The translations under genes and the position numbers were made by a program. The notes beneath the pieces are model-generated. The model was not told where the DNA came from. It made no database searches and saw only the letters and a list, made by a program, of their open reading frames with translations. Below are positions 13,401 to 22,380 of a stretch of 64,000 nucleotides of DNA, one piece after another. Numbering within the stretch: the stretch's first letter is position 1; each line of letters opens with the position of its first letter. Source of the stretch: Alphaproteobacteria bacterium (GTDB lineage Bacteria > Pseudomonadota > Alphaproteobacteria > MPNO01); the NCBI GenBank assembly GCA_965248835.1, contig CBDFLJ010000002.1, positions 1,920,001-1,984,000 on the forward strand. Reading direction: 5' to 3'.

Positions 13401-14669
13401 ATGTTTCACGTCATAGGCGCGGGTCTGTCCGGCCTTTCCTGCGCCGTTCGCCTGACGCTGGCCGGCCGCAAGGTCGCGGTCTACGAATCGGCCGGACAGG
13501 CCGGCGGGCGCTGCCGGTCTTTCGTCGATGACAACCTCGGCTGCCTGATCGACAACGGCAGCCACATGATGCTGGGCGCCAACGAGTCCACCCGTGCCTA
13601 TCTTGCCGAGATCGGCTCCGAAGACGCGGTCGCCGAGATCGCTCCGGCAGCGTTCCCGTTCATGGATGTGACGACCGGGCAAACCTGGCGGATCGCACCC
13701 GGCGCGGGCGTGGTGCCGTTCTGGCTGCTGTCCAGGGACCGCCGGGTGCCGGGGACGACCTGGCGTGACTATCTGAGCGTCACGCGCCTTGCCCGGGCGG
13801 ACGGAACCGATACCGTGCGCGATTGCGTCGGAGAGGACGGGCCGCTCTACGACCGTTTCTGGCAGCCGCTTTCGCGGGCGGTGCTCAACACCGATGCCGG
13901 CGAGGGCTCGGCGCTGCTGCTGTGGCGCGTGATCAAGGCAACCTTTCTGCGCGGTGAACAGGCCTGTCGGCCCTATTTCTTCCAGGACGGGCTGTCGCCG
14001 GCGCTGATCGAACCGGCAATCCGGACGCTCGCCGCCGCAGGCGTGCCGATCCACTTGAAGACGCGGCTGCGCGGGATCTCCGGGCGCGACGGCCGGGCGT
14101 CCGTGCTCGATTTCGCCGAAGGTCCGCTGACGATCGCTGAGGACGGGACGGTCGTCCTCGCCGTCCCGCCGCAAGTGTGTGCCGAACTGCTGCCGGGGAT
14201 CGTCACGCCACAGCGCTCCAATCCGATCGTCAACGCCCATTTCCGGCTGGACCAACCGGCCGCGCTGCCCTTCGGCATGCCGTTCCTCGGCCTGATCGGC
14301 AGCCAGTCCCAGTGGTTGTTCGCGCGCAACAATGTGGTCTCGGTGACCGTCAGCGCAGCCGATGCGCTGATCGACCGGCCGGGTTGGGACCTCGCCAATA
14401 TCCTGTGGGCCGAGACCGCGACCGCGCTCGGCCGCGATCTCCGCCGCGTGCCGCCGTGGCGGATCATCAAGGAGCGGCGGGCGACCTTCGCCCAGACTCC
14501 GGATGAGATCACCCGCCGGCCCGCGGCGCGCGCACCGCTGAAGAACGTGCTGCTGGCCGGCGATTGGACCGATACCGGGCTGCCGGCGACCATCGAGGGC
14601 AGCGTCCGGTCCGGGTTCCAGGCGGCGCGGATCGCGCTCGCCGGGCCGGAGGGTCGGTGCGCCGCTTGA
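13401..14669 (+). CDS. hpnE: Hydroxysqualene dehydroxylase HpnE (FAD-dependent)
   Basis: HVIGAGLSGLSCAV, AGGRCRSF..IDNGSH, IVNAHF, SVTVSAA, IIKERRATF, LAGDWTDTGLPATIEG. Confidence 0.88.
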   Translation: MFHVIGAGLSGLSCAVRLTLAGRKVAVYESAGQAGGRCRSFVDDNLGCLIDNGSHMMLGANESTRAYLAEIGSEDAVAEIAPAAFPFMDVTTGQTWRIAPGAGVVPFWLLSRDRRVPGTTWRDYLSVTRLARADGTDTVRDCVGEDGPLYDRFWQPLSRAVLNTDAGEGSALLLWRVIKATFLRGEQACRPYFFQDGLSPALIEPAIRTLAAAGVPIHLKTRLRGISGRDGRASVLDFAEGPLTIAEDGTVVLAVPPQVCAELLPGIVTPQRSNPIVNAHFRLDQPAALPFGMPFLGLIGSQSQWLFARNNVVSVTVSAADALIDRPGWDLANILWAETATALGRDLRRVPPWRIIKERRATFAQTPDEITRRPAARAPLKNVLLAGDWTDTGLPATIEGSVRSGFQAARIALAGPEGRCAA

Positions 14670-14740
14670 CCATGGGCGGGACGGGACCATATCGTCGGTT
14701 CAGCGGGCCGCTTGACCCGACTCGCGATCGAACCGAATAT
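14661..14740 (+). promoter_or_regulatory. Tandem sigma70-like promoters upstream of the PuuD-like gene
   Basis: GCCGCTTGACC is repeated at 14661 and 14707; each copy is followed after about 17-18 nt by an AT-rich -10-like hexamer (TATCGT, GAATAT). Confidence 0.4.
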
Positions 14741-14808
14741 GTCGGCATTCCGCAATATACCAGTCGTCGAGTTGTTCGCCGCGAGGCGACGCATAATTGG
14801 GGGTGTTG

Positions 14809-15414
14809 ATGGCAAAGATCCTTGAGAACCTGAACAACACGATCATCGCGGGGGTCGTGCTTGCGATCGTCCTGGCGGTCGTCGTCGTGCTCTGGCACGG
14901 CGAAGGGCTCAACCTCGACATGGCCTGGTGGTCGTTCCTGTTCCGCTGGCTGCATGTGGCAGGCGGCATCATGTGGATCGGCATTCTGTACTACTTCAAC
15001 TTCGTGCAGATCCCGAACATGCCCAAAATCGACGCCGCGCAGCGCCCGGCGATCACCGGCGTGATCGCGCCGGCGGCCCTGTTCTGGTTCCGCTGGGGCG
15101 CGATGTGGACGATCGTCACCGGCCTGATCGTTGCCGCATTCGAAGGCTATATCGGCGATGCGATCCTGATCGGCCTGACCGACGGCGTGGCCAAGCATAC
15201 CCTGATCGGAATCGGCATGTGGCTGGGCACGATCATGTGGTTCAACGTGTGGTTCATCATCTGGCCGGCACAGAAAATCGCGCTCGGGATGGTCGAGGCC
15301 GAGGCCGATGCCAAGGCCGCGGCGGGCCGCAGAGCGATGCTGTTCTCGCGCACCAACACGATGCTGTCGATCCCGATGCTCTACGCCATGACCTCGGCGC
15401 AGAACATCTTCTAG
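14809..15414 (+). CDS. Urate hydroxylase PuuD-like integral membrane protein (Urate_ox_N/DUF989 domain only)
   Basis: FRWLHV..GIMWIG.LYYFNFVQ, LFWFRW, IM.FNVW.IIWP.QK, SRTN..LSIPML; no C-terminal cytochrome c CxxCH. Confidence 0.78.
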   Translation: MAKILENLNNTIIAGVVLAIVLAVVVVLWHGEGLNLDMAWWSFLFRWLHVAGGIMWIGILYYFNFVQIPNMPKIDAAQRPAITGVIAPAALFWFRWGAMWTIVTGLIVAAFEGYIGDAILIGLTDGVAKHTLIGIGMWLGTIMWFNVWFIIWPAQKIALGMVEAEADAKAAAGRRAMLFSRTNTMLSIPMLYAMTSAQNIF

Positions 15415-15436
15415 AGAAGCAGCGGCAAGTCTGGCT

Positions 15437-15462
15437 ATCGGGGGGCCTCGGCCCCCCGATTT
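15437..15462. terminator. Hairpin terminator between convergent genes
   Basis: Perfect 10-bp stem ATCGGGGGGC-CTCG-GCCCCCCGAT followed by TT. Confidence 0.65.
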
Positions 15463-15472
15463 CATCGCCAGA

Positions 15473-15853
15473 TCACGGGCGTGCGATCAGCGCCGCAGCA
15501 ACCCTGCGGTCCTCGGCGATCAGCACGTTGAAGGTCCGGCAGGCAGCCCCGGTATCCATCGCGTCGGCGATGATGCCGTGCTGCTTGAGCGCGGCACGGA
15601 GTTCCGGGCTCATCGGGCGCATGGTCTCTCCGGTTCCGATCAGCAGGATCTCGACCGCAGGCTCGGCGCCGATCACCGGACTCAGCGCCGCCTCGCCGAC
15701 CCCGGTCGGATCGGCTACCGGCCACGCCAGCACCTGCTCCGGAAGGACGATCACCGAGCCTTCGTAGGCAACCCCCGAGATCCGAAACCCGCCGCCGCCA
15801 TAGGATTGGACGACCTGCCGGCCGGCCGCCGGGGCCGGTGTGATGTCGCGCAC
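15473..15853 (-). CDS. Mth938-like domain protein (NDUFAF3/DUF498 family)
   Basis: VQSYG.GGF, EILLIGTG, MDTGAACRTFNVL..EDRRVAAAL; follows secF. Confidence 0.9.
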   Translation of the reverse strand: MRDITPAPAAGRQVVQSYGGGGFRISGVAYEGSVIVLPEQVLAWPVADPTGVGEAALSPVIGAEPAVEILLIGTGETMRPMSPELRAALKQHGIIADAMDTGAACRTFNVLIAEDRRVAAALIARP

Positions 15854-15862
15854 CGGCCCGGC

Positions 15863-16813
15863 TCAGCCGGGCCCGCCGGGGGCAGCGCCGGTTTCCTCAT
15901 CGATCTCGCCGACGATCAGCCCGCCGCGCTTGAGCCGCATGTAGATCAGGAGCGGCACCGCGATCCAGATCGAGGAGTAGGTCCCGACGACGACGCCCCA
16001 GATCATCGCGAAGCTGAACCCCTTGATCACCTGGCCGCCGAAGAAGAACAGCGTCAGCAGCGCCAGCAGCGTGGTCACGCTGGTCAGCACCGTGCGCGAA
16101 AGGGTCTCGTTGATGCTGAGGTTCAGCAGGTCGTCGATTGCCAGCGTCTTGTATTTGCGCAGGTTCTCGCGCACCCGGTCGTAGACCACCACCGTATCGT
16201 TGATCGAATAGCCGGCGATCGTCAGGATCGCCGCCACCGTGGACAGGTTGAACTCCAGACCCAGCATCGAAAAGATGCCGATCGTCAGCACCACGTCGTG
16301 CAGCAGCGCGATCACCGCGCCGACGCCGAACTGCCATTCGAACCGGAACCAGATATAGATCAGCATGGCTGCGAGTGCGAGCAGGACGGCCGTCACGCCG
16401 GCTTCGATGAGTTCACTGCCGACCTTGGGGCCGACGAACTCGACCCGGCGGTATTCGACGCTCTGGCCGAGCGTCTCCTTGACCGTCTCCACGGCGCGGA
16501 GCTGTGCCGTCTCGCCGCCGGACTGCTTTTCGATCCGGATCAGGACATCGGTGTCCTGGCCGAACTCCTGCAGCTCGATCTCGCCGAGGTTGAGGCCGGA
16601 GAGATCCGAACGCAGCTCGGCCATCTTGGCCGGCCCCTGGGTGCGGATCTCCAAGAGAATGCCGCCACGGAAATCGATGCCGTAGTTGAGGCCCTGGATC
16701 AGGAACAGCAGCACCGACGCCAGCGCGAGCCCGACCGATGCGGCTGCCGCGAACTTGCGGCGGCGCATGAAGTCGATCTTGGTGCCCACCGGGACAAGGC
16801 TGACCAGACGCAT
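15863..16813 (-). CDS. secF: Protein translocase subunit SecF
   Basis: GLNYGIDFRGG, VGPKVGSEL, LLHDV, GYSINDTVVVYDRVRE. Confidence 0.97.
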   Translation of the reverse strand: MRLVSLVPVGTKIDFMRRRKFAAAASVGLALASVLLFLIQGLNYGIDFRGGILLEIRTQGPAKMAELRSDLSGLNLGEIELQEFGQDTDVLIRIEKQSGGETAQLRAVETVKETLGQSVEYRRVEFVGPKVGSELIEAGVTAVLLALAAMLIYIWFRFEWQFGVGAVIALLHDVVLTIGIFSMLGLEFNLSTVAAILTIAGYSINDTVVVYDRVRENLRKYKTLAIDDLLNLSINETLSRTVLTSVTTLLALLTLFFFGGQVIKGFSFAMIWGVVVGTYSSIWIAVPLLIYMRLKRGGLIVGEIDEETGAAPGGPG

Positions 16814-16834
16814 GCCGGTTCTCCCCGCCGCCGA

Positions 16835-18409
16835 TCAGATTGGCAGGACCTGGGGCCGCGTCCGGCGGAGCCAGGTGACGACCATCAGCCGGGTGACCAT
16901 GATCGCGGTGAACATCGAGGTCATCAGCCCCAGGGCGAGCGTGACCGCGAACCCCTTGACCGGCCCGGAGCCGAACTGGAACAGCAACACGGCGGCGATG
17001 AACGTCGTCAGGTTGGCATCGATGATCGTGGTCAGCGCCCGCCGATAGCCGGCATCGATCGCCGACATCGGCGTTCGCCCGTTGCGCTGCTCCTCGCGGA
17101 TGCGCTCGAAGATCAGCACGTTGGCATCCACCGCCATGCCGATCGTCAGCACGATCCCGGCGATGCCCGGCAAGGTCAGCGTCGCCTGGAGCAGCGACAA
17201 CAAGGCGGTGATCAGGATCAGGTTCAACAATAGCGCGACATCGGCCATCAGGCCGAACATTCCGTAGGATGCGGCCATGAAGAACACCACCAGAACCACC
17301 GCAAGCACGCTTGCGATCTTGCCGGCGCGGATCGAGTCCGCGCCCAGGCCCGGCCCGACGGTACGCTCCTCGAGCACGGTCAGCGGCGCCGGCAGGGCGC
17401 CGGCGCGCAGCAGCAGCGCCAGGTCGCGGGCGGACTGGACGGTGAAGTTGCCCGAGATGATGCCGGAGCCGCCCAGGATCGGCTCGCGGATGACCGGTGC
17501 GCTGATGACCTTGCCGTCGAGCACGATGGCGAACGGACGGCCCACATTGCGCCGCGTTGTATCGCCGAAGCGCCGCCCGCCCACCGCATCAAAGCGGAAA
17601 CTGACCACCGGCTGGGCGTCCTGGACCGTCGGCTGAGCATCGACCAGGGTATCGCCGCCCACCATCACCCGTTTGCGCACCAGATACTTGACGGGGTTTC
17701 TGTCGACGTCGAACTCGTTGTCGGCTTCCAGCAGCTCCGAGCCGGGCGGCGGGCGGCCGAACTCCGCCTGGCGCGCCGACATCGACAGATCGACCAGCCG
17801 GAAGTTCATCTTCGCGGTCTTGCCCAACAGCCGCTTGATGCGCTCGGGCTCCTTTACGCCGGGAAGCTGGACCAGGATACGGTCGGTACCCTGGCGCTGG
17901 ATCGTCGGCTCGCGCACGCCGGTCTCATCAATTCGCCGGCGAACGATCTCGATCGACTGGTTGACCGCCGCGGCCTTGCGGTCGTGCAGGGCCTGCTCGG
18001 TCAGCGCGATCGTAATTCGGTTGCCGTCATCGGTGGTCGTAGCCTCGGGCTCCAGCCGGCGCGCGATGCGGTCCGCATCGCCGACCTGCGCCCGATCGCG
18101 CACGGTAAAGGAGATGCCGTTGCCCAGCACGCCGAGCCCCCGGTAGCCGATGCGCGCGCGCCGGAGCTCGGTGCGCGCGGCATCGACCAGTGCCGCAAGC
18201 CGCTCCTTGACCACCACGTCGACCTCGACCTCCAGCAGCAGATGGGAGCCGCCCTGCAGGTCCAGGCCGAGGCTGATCTGTCGGTTGGGCAGCCCGTCCG
18301 GCAGACCCTCCAGCACGCGCTGGTCGATCACGTTGGGCGCAGCGTAGAGCAGCCCCAGCGCGCACAACACGGCGATCATGATGATCTTCCATTTGGCGAA
18401 ATAGATCAT
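16835..18409 (-). CDS. secD: Protein translocase subunit SecD
   Basis: LGLDLQGG, RRRIDETGVREP, LRAGALPAP, GMAVDANVLIFERIREE. Confidence 0.97.
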   Translation of the reverse strand: MIYFAKWKIIMIAVLCALGLLYAAPNVIDQRVLEGLPDGLPNRQISLGLDLQGGSHLLLEVEVDVVVKERLAALVDAARTELRRARIGYRGLGVLGNGISFTVRDRAQVGDADRIARRLEPEATTTDDGNRITIALTEQALHDRKAAAVNQSIEIVRRRIDETGVREPTIQRQGTDRILVQLPGVKEPERIKRLLGKTAKMNFRLVDLSMSARQAEFGRPPPGSELLEADNEFDVDRNPVKYLVRKRVMVGGDTLVDAQPTVQDAQPVVSFRFDAVGGRRFGDTTRRNVGRPFAIVLDGKVISAPVIREPILGGSGIISGNFTVQSARDLALLLRAGALPAPLTVLEERTVGPGLGADSIRAGKIASVLAVVLVVFFMAASYGMFGLMADVALLLNLILITALLSLLQATLTLPGIAGIVLTIGMAVDANVLIFERIREEQRNGRTPMSAIDAGYRRALTTIIDANLTTFIAAVLLFQFGSGPVKGFAVTLALGLMTSMFTAIMVTRLMVVTWLRRTRPQVLPI

Positions 18410-18442
18410 CGGCCGGAACGTGCTTCGGGGCTGGAGGGGAGA

Positions 18443-18988
18443 TCAGGAGCCGGATCGGCGGGTCTCGTCCCGCTCCCGGTCCTCGTCCCCGTCGTCATCG
18501 CCGTCATCGTCGTCATCGTCGAACTCGGCATCGTCCTGGCCGTCGACCTCGACATCCTCTTCGACCTCTTCGACCTCGACCGACTCCTCGCTGGCCTTGG
18601 AGCGCCGGCGGGCGCGGCGACGGGGGCGATCATCCTGATCGTCTTCTTCGTCGTTGTCATCGTCGCGGCTGCGCCGGGGCGCCGGCCTGGCGACGGTCTC
18701 GGCGATCATCGCGCGCATCACGCGCACGCGCACGCCGTCGGCGATCTCCACCATGAGCTCGCCGTCGCTCAGCACACGTTGGATCTGTCCGACCAGCCCG
18801 CCAGACGTGACGATACGGTCGCCCCGGCGAAGCTCGGCGATCATCGCGCGATGGGCCTTTGCCTTCTTCTGCTGCGGCCGGATGAGCAGGAAATAGAAGA
18901 CCACGAAGATCAGGACCAGCGGGATCAGCGGCTCAATGCCACCCAGCCCGCCTCCGGTGTCCTGCGCGAAGGCTGGAGATACGAGCAT
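18443..18988 (-). CDS. yajC: Preprotein translocase subunit YajC with a long acidic C-terminal extension
   Basis: MLVSPAFAQ..LIPLVLIFVVFYFLLIRPQQKK..LRRGDRIVTSGGLVG, followed by a D/E/R-rich tail; upstream of secD. Confidence 0.92.
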   Translation of the reverse strand: MLVSPAFAQDTGGGLGGIEPLIPLVLIFVVFYFLLIRPQQKKAKAHRAMIAELRRGDRIVTSGGLVGQIQRVLSDGELMVEIADGVRVRVMRAMIAETVARPAPRRSRDDDNDEEDDQDDRPRRRARRRSKASEESVEVEEVEEDVEVDGQDDAEFDDDDDDGDDDGDEDRERDETRRSGS

Positions 18989-19126
18989 GTTGCATTCCTC
19001 CGGCTGTGTCCGCGCGGCGCGGCCCCGCGCGCGGCGGCTCGGACTATAGCGACCCGACGACGACTTGCAACCGTCGATCCCGTCGATGCCGTTGACCGCG
19101 CCACAGTGAATGCCGAGGATCGCGTC

Positions 19127-20032
19127 ATGCTCGACGAGGACATCAAGAAGCTCCTGGCCCGCATCGCCGATGCGCTGGACAGGGCGGTGCCGGCAACCGA
19201 AAACGCGGTGGATACGGACACGGAAGAGGCCTATGTCTGGCACGCCGAGGACGGCCGGCTCCAACCGGTTACCCAAGTCAACCGGCTCGACCTCGGGCTT
19301 CTGATCGGTATCGACCGGGCCTGCGCGGTGCTGCTGGAAAACACGCGGCGATTCGCCGTCGGCCTGCCCGCCAACAATGCGCTTTTGTGGGGCGCCCGCG
19401 GCATGGGCAAGAGCTCGCTGGTCAAGGCGGTGCACGGCGCGGTGTGCGCCGAGACCGACGGCCGGCTCGGGCTGATCGAGGTCCACCGCGAGGACCTCGC
19501 GAGCCTGCCCGCCCTGCTCGCCCGCCTGCGCGGGATGGAACGTCAATTCATCCTGTTCTGCGACGACCTGTCCTTCGAAGGCCAGGACACCACGTTCAAG
19601 TCGCTCAAGGCACTGCTCGAGGGCGGCATCGAGGGCCGGCCGGAGAACGTCCTGTTCTACGCAACCTCCAACCGCCGCCACCTGATGCCGCGCGACATGA
19701 TCGAAAACGAGCGCTCGACGGCGATCAATCCGGCCGAAGCCGTCGAGGAGAAGGTCTCGCTGTCAGACCGGTTCGGCCTGTGGCTCGGCTTCCATAGCTG
19801 CGATCAGGAGACCTATTTCCGGATCGTCGAGGGCTATGCCGCACGATTCGGGCTGGCGCTGGACCGGGACCGTTTGCGGGCCGAGGCCGCTGAGTGGTCG
19901 CTTACGCGCGGGGCGCGCTCGGGCCGCGTCGCCTGGCAGTTCATCCAGGACCTGGCCGGGCGGCTGGGCCAAAGGCTCGATCCAGACCGCCGATCGACTG
20001 CGGCGCGGGAGCCAGATAGCGCATCGGATTGA
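19127..20032 (+). CDS. AAA+ ATPase (DUF815 family)
   Basis: PANNALLWGARGMGKSSLVKA, LFCDDLSF, YATSNRRHL, EEKVSLSDRFGLWL, RSGRVAWQF. Confidence 0.9.
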   Translation: MLDEDIKKLLARIADALDRAVPATENAVDTDTEEAYVWHAEDGRLQPVTQVNRLDLGLLIGIDRACAVLLENTRRFAVGLPANNALLWGARGMGKSSLVKAVHGAVCAETDGRLGLIEVHREDLASLPALLARLRGMERQFILFCDDLSFEGQDTTFKSLKALLEGGIEGRPENVLFYATSNRRHLMPRDMIENERSTAINPAEAVEEKVSLSDRFGLWLGFHSCDQETYFRIVEGYAARFGLALDRDRLRAEAAEWSLTRGARSGRVAWQFIQDLAGRLGQRLDPDRRSTAAREPDSASD

Positions 20033-20909
20033 CCACCCGACGGCCGCGGCGCAACTCGAAATGGAGCTGCGGCTGTACCACGTTGCCGGTGCTGCCGACG
20101 CGCGAGATCGCCTGGCCGCGGCGGACTCTGTCGCCGGCGCGCACCAGGAGCTCCTGGTTGTGAGCGTAGGCGCTCATCCAGCCGCCGGAATGCTTGATCA
20201 GGATCAGGTTGCCGAAACCGCGGATCTCGTTGCCCGAATAGGCGACGACGCCGTTCTCGGCCGCCCGCACCTGGGTTCCGCGCTGCGCGAGTATGTTGAT
20301 GCCGTCGTTGTGCAGCCCGGCGCCGCGCGGCCCGAAGCCGATCGAGACCGGGCCGCGGACCGGCCAAAGGAAGAGCTCCGACGAGCGCGCCGACGGCTTT
20401 CCGATCGCGACCGAGGACGGCCGGTTGGCGGCGACCCGAGGATCGGCGGACCCGGGCGGCGCAGGCCTCGCCGCGGCCGGGTCGGCCCGCCCCGGAAGGC
20501 GCAGGCGTTGTCCCGGGCGAATCCGGTAGGGCGGCTCGATCCAGTTCGCCCGTGCCAGACGGCCCATGTCCACGCCATGGCGTTGCGAGACGCCGCGCAA
20601 GGTCTCGCCGCGACCGACCACGTGAACCCGCGCCCTGGGCAAGCGGATACGCTGCCCGGGATAGATCCTGTAGGGCGCCGGGATGCGGTTCAGCGTGATG
20701 AGATCGCGCAGCGGCACGTTGTGGCGTCGCGAGATCCGATAGAGGCTGTCGCCCTTTCGCACGACGACCGTCCCGGTCCGATCGGCGCTCGTCAGCCGCT
20801 TAGGGCCGCCGTCCGGTACCGTGCGCCCGGCGCAACCGGCGACCACCGCGAGTGCCGCGAGTATCGAGATCGACCGGCCGATCGACAAAAGACTCCCGCG
20901 AATCAACAT
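19941..20909 (-). CDS. nlpD: LysM/M23 peptidase-domain lipoprotein (NlpD-like)
   Basis: Lipobox VAGC, two LysM repeats, degenerate M23 domain (HNDGINI, SAYAHN, QLHFELR); downstream of surE-pcm. Confidence 0.85.
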   Translation of the reverse strand: MLIRGSLLSIGRSISILAALAVVAGCAGRTVPDGGPKRLTSADRTGTVVVRKGDSLYRISRRHNVPLRDLITLNRIPAPYRIYPGQRIRLPRARVHVVGRGETLRGVSQRHGVDMGRLARANWIEPPYRIRPGQRLRLPGRADPAAARPAPPGSADPRVAANRPSSVAIGKPSARSSELFLWPVRGPVSIGFGPRGAGLHNDGINILAQRGTQVRAAENGVVAYSGNEIRGFGNLILIKHSGGWMSAYAHNQELLVRAGDRVRRGQAISRVGSTGNVVQPQLHFELRRGRRVVNPMRYLAPAPQSIGGLDRAFGPAARPGPG

Positions 20910-20965
20910 CTTCCCAAATTACCCACAGGCCGTGCGCGGTTCAATCACATCCTCGATCCGCGATG

Positions 20966-21613
20966 TCAGTTGCCCGCATCGTCCACGGTGTCCGGAAGCA
21001 GGGGCACGAAGCGGACCGGCCAGAGCGTGCTGTAGTCGACCTCCTCGCCCCGCTTGCGGCATTTCAAGAGCTGCTGGTCGTCGTCGGAGTCCCCGACCGG
21101 CAGGATCATGATCCCATCGGGCGCGAGCTGCGCGAGCAGCACCGGGGGAACGTCGGGCGGCGCGGCGGTGACGATGATCCGCTCGAACGGGGCCTGCTCC
21201 GGCCAGCCGCGGGCGCCGTCGTCCCACTTGGTGGTGATGTTGCTGAGCCGCAGTTCGGCGAACCGCGCCTCGGCCTCGCGCAGGAGCGGCCGGCGCCGTT
21301 CGATCGTATAGACGCGCCGGCACAGCTTCGAGAGCACCGCCGCCTGATAGCCCGAGCCGGTGCCGATCTCCAGCACCCTCATGCGCTCGCCGACCTCCAG
21401 CTCCTGCGTCATGTACCCGACCACGGCAGGCTGGGAGATCGTCTGGTCATGGCCGATCGGCAAGGCGTTGTCGTCATAGGCCCGCGCGCGGAAGGCATCG
21501 GGCACGAACACCTCGCGCGGAACGCGCTCGATCGCGCCGAGGACGTCGCGATCGGTCACGGCGTGCCGACGCAGCGACATGATCAGCTTGATCCGGTCCT
21601 CCTCGACGCTCAC
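20966..21613 (-). CDS. pcm: Protein-L-isoaspartate O-methyltransferase
   Basis: VPREVFV, LPIG..QTISQP, VLEIGTGSGYQAA, APFERIIVTAA, VRFVPL; GTGA overlap with the surE stop. Confidence 0.95.
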   Translation of the reverse strand: MSVEEDRIKLIMSLRRHAVTDRDVLGAIERVPREVFVPDAFRARAYDDNALPIGHDQTISQPAVVGYMTQELEVGERMRVLEIGTGSGYQAAVLSKLCRRVYTIERRRPLLREAEARFAELRLSNITTKWDDGARGWPEQAPFERIIVTAAPPDVPPVLLAQLAPDGIMILPVGDSDDDQQLLKCRKRGEEVDYSTLWPVRFVPLLPDTVDDAGN

Positions 21614-22377
21614 GGGAAGACCCGGCGCAGCGCCCGCGTGGTCGCGCGGTCGGTGAGATCCATGCACAGCGCCGTCAGCGAGATCCGCCCGGCATTGACC
21701 GCAAACAGGTCCGAGCCGCGATACGAAGGGTCCTCGTCGCGCTCCGTGCCGACCCAGACATACGGGTTGCCGCGCGGATCGACGCCGCGGTTGAGCACGT
21801 CGCCGATCTTGCGCCGCCCCATCCGGGTGACCTCGATGCCCTCGACCTCGCCGTCGGCGCGGTCGGGGAAATTGACGTTCAGCAGCACCCCTTCCGGCCA
21901 GCTATGCGCGACCAGGCGGCGGATGATCGCGCCGCCGTGATTGGCGCTCGGCAGCCAGTGGACCGGATGGCCGTTGCGCCTGACCTGGCTGAGCGCAATC
22001 GCCGGGATCTTGAGCAAGGTCCCCTCCATCGCCGCAGCGACGGTGCCCGAATAGGTGATATCCTCGCCCAGGTTGCCGCCGGCGTTGATCCCCGACAGCA
22101 CGAGGTCCGGGCGACGGTCGGCGATGATCTCGTTGACACCGAGCAGCACGCTGTCGGTCGGCGTTCCGTTGACCGCGAAACGCCGCGCGCTGAGCTTGCG
22201 GACTCGCAGGGGAACCGTCAGGGTGAGCGAATGGCTGGCCGCGCTCTGCTCGGTCTCCGGCGCCACTACCCAGACATCCCTCGACAGAGATTTCGCGATC
22301 TTTTCCAACACCTTGAGCCCGGGCGCGTAGATCCCGTCATCGTTGGTGATCAGAATGCGGGCACGTTTGAGATCCAT
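21610..22377 (-). CDS. surE: 5'/3'-nucleotidase SurE
   Basis: ILITNDDGI, VVAPETEQS, GTPTD, SGIN.G.NLG, YSGTVAAAMEG. Confidence 0.96.
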   Translation of the reverse strand: MDLKRARILITNDDGIYAPGLKVLEKIAKSLSRDVWVVAPETEQSAASHSLTLTVPLRVRKLSARRFAVNGTPTDSVLLGVNEIIADRRPDLVLSGINAGGNLGEDITYSGTVAAAMEGTLLKIPAIALSQVRRNGHPVHWLPSANHGGAIIRRLVAHSWPEGVLLNVNFPDRADGEVEGIEVTRMGRRKIGDVLNRGVDPRGNPYVWVGTERDEDPSYRGSDLFAVNAGRISLTALCMDLTDRATTRALRRVFP

Positions 22378-22380
22378 CCC

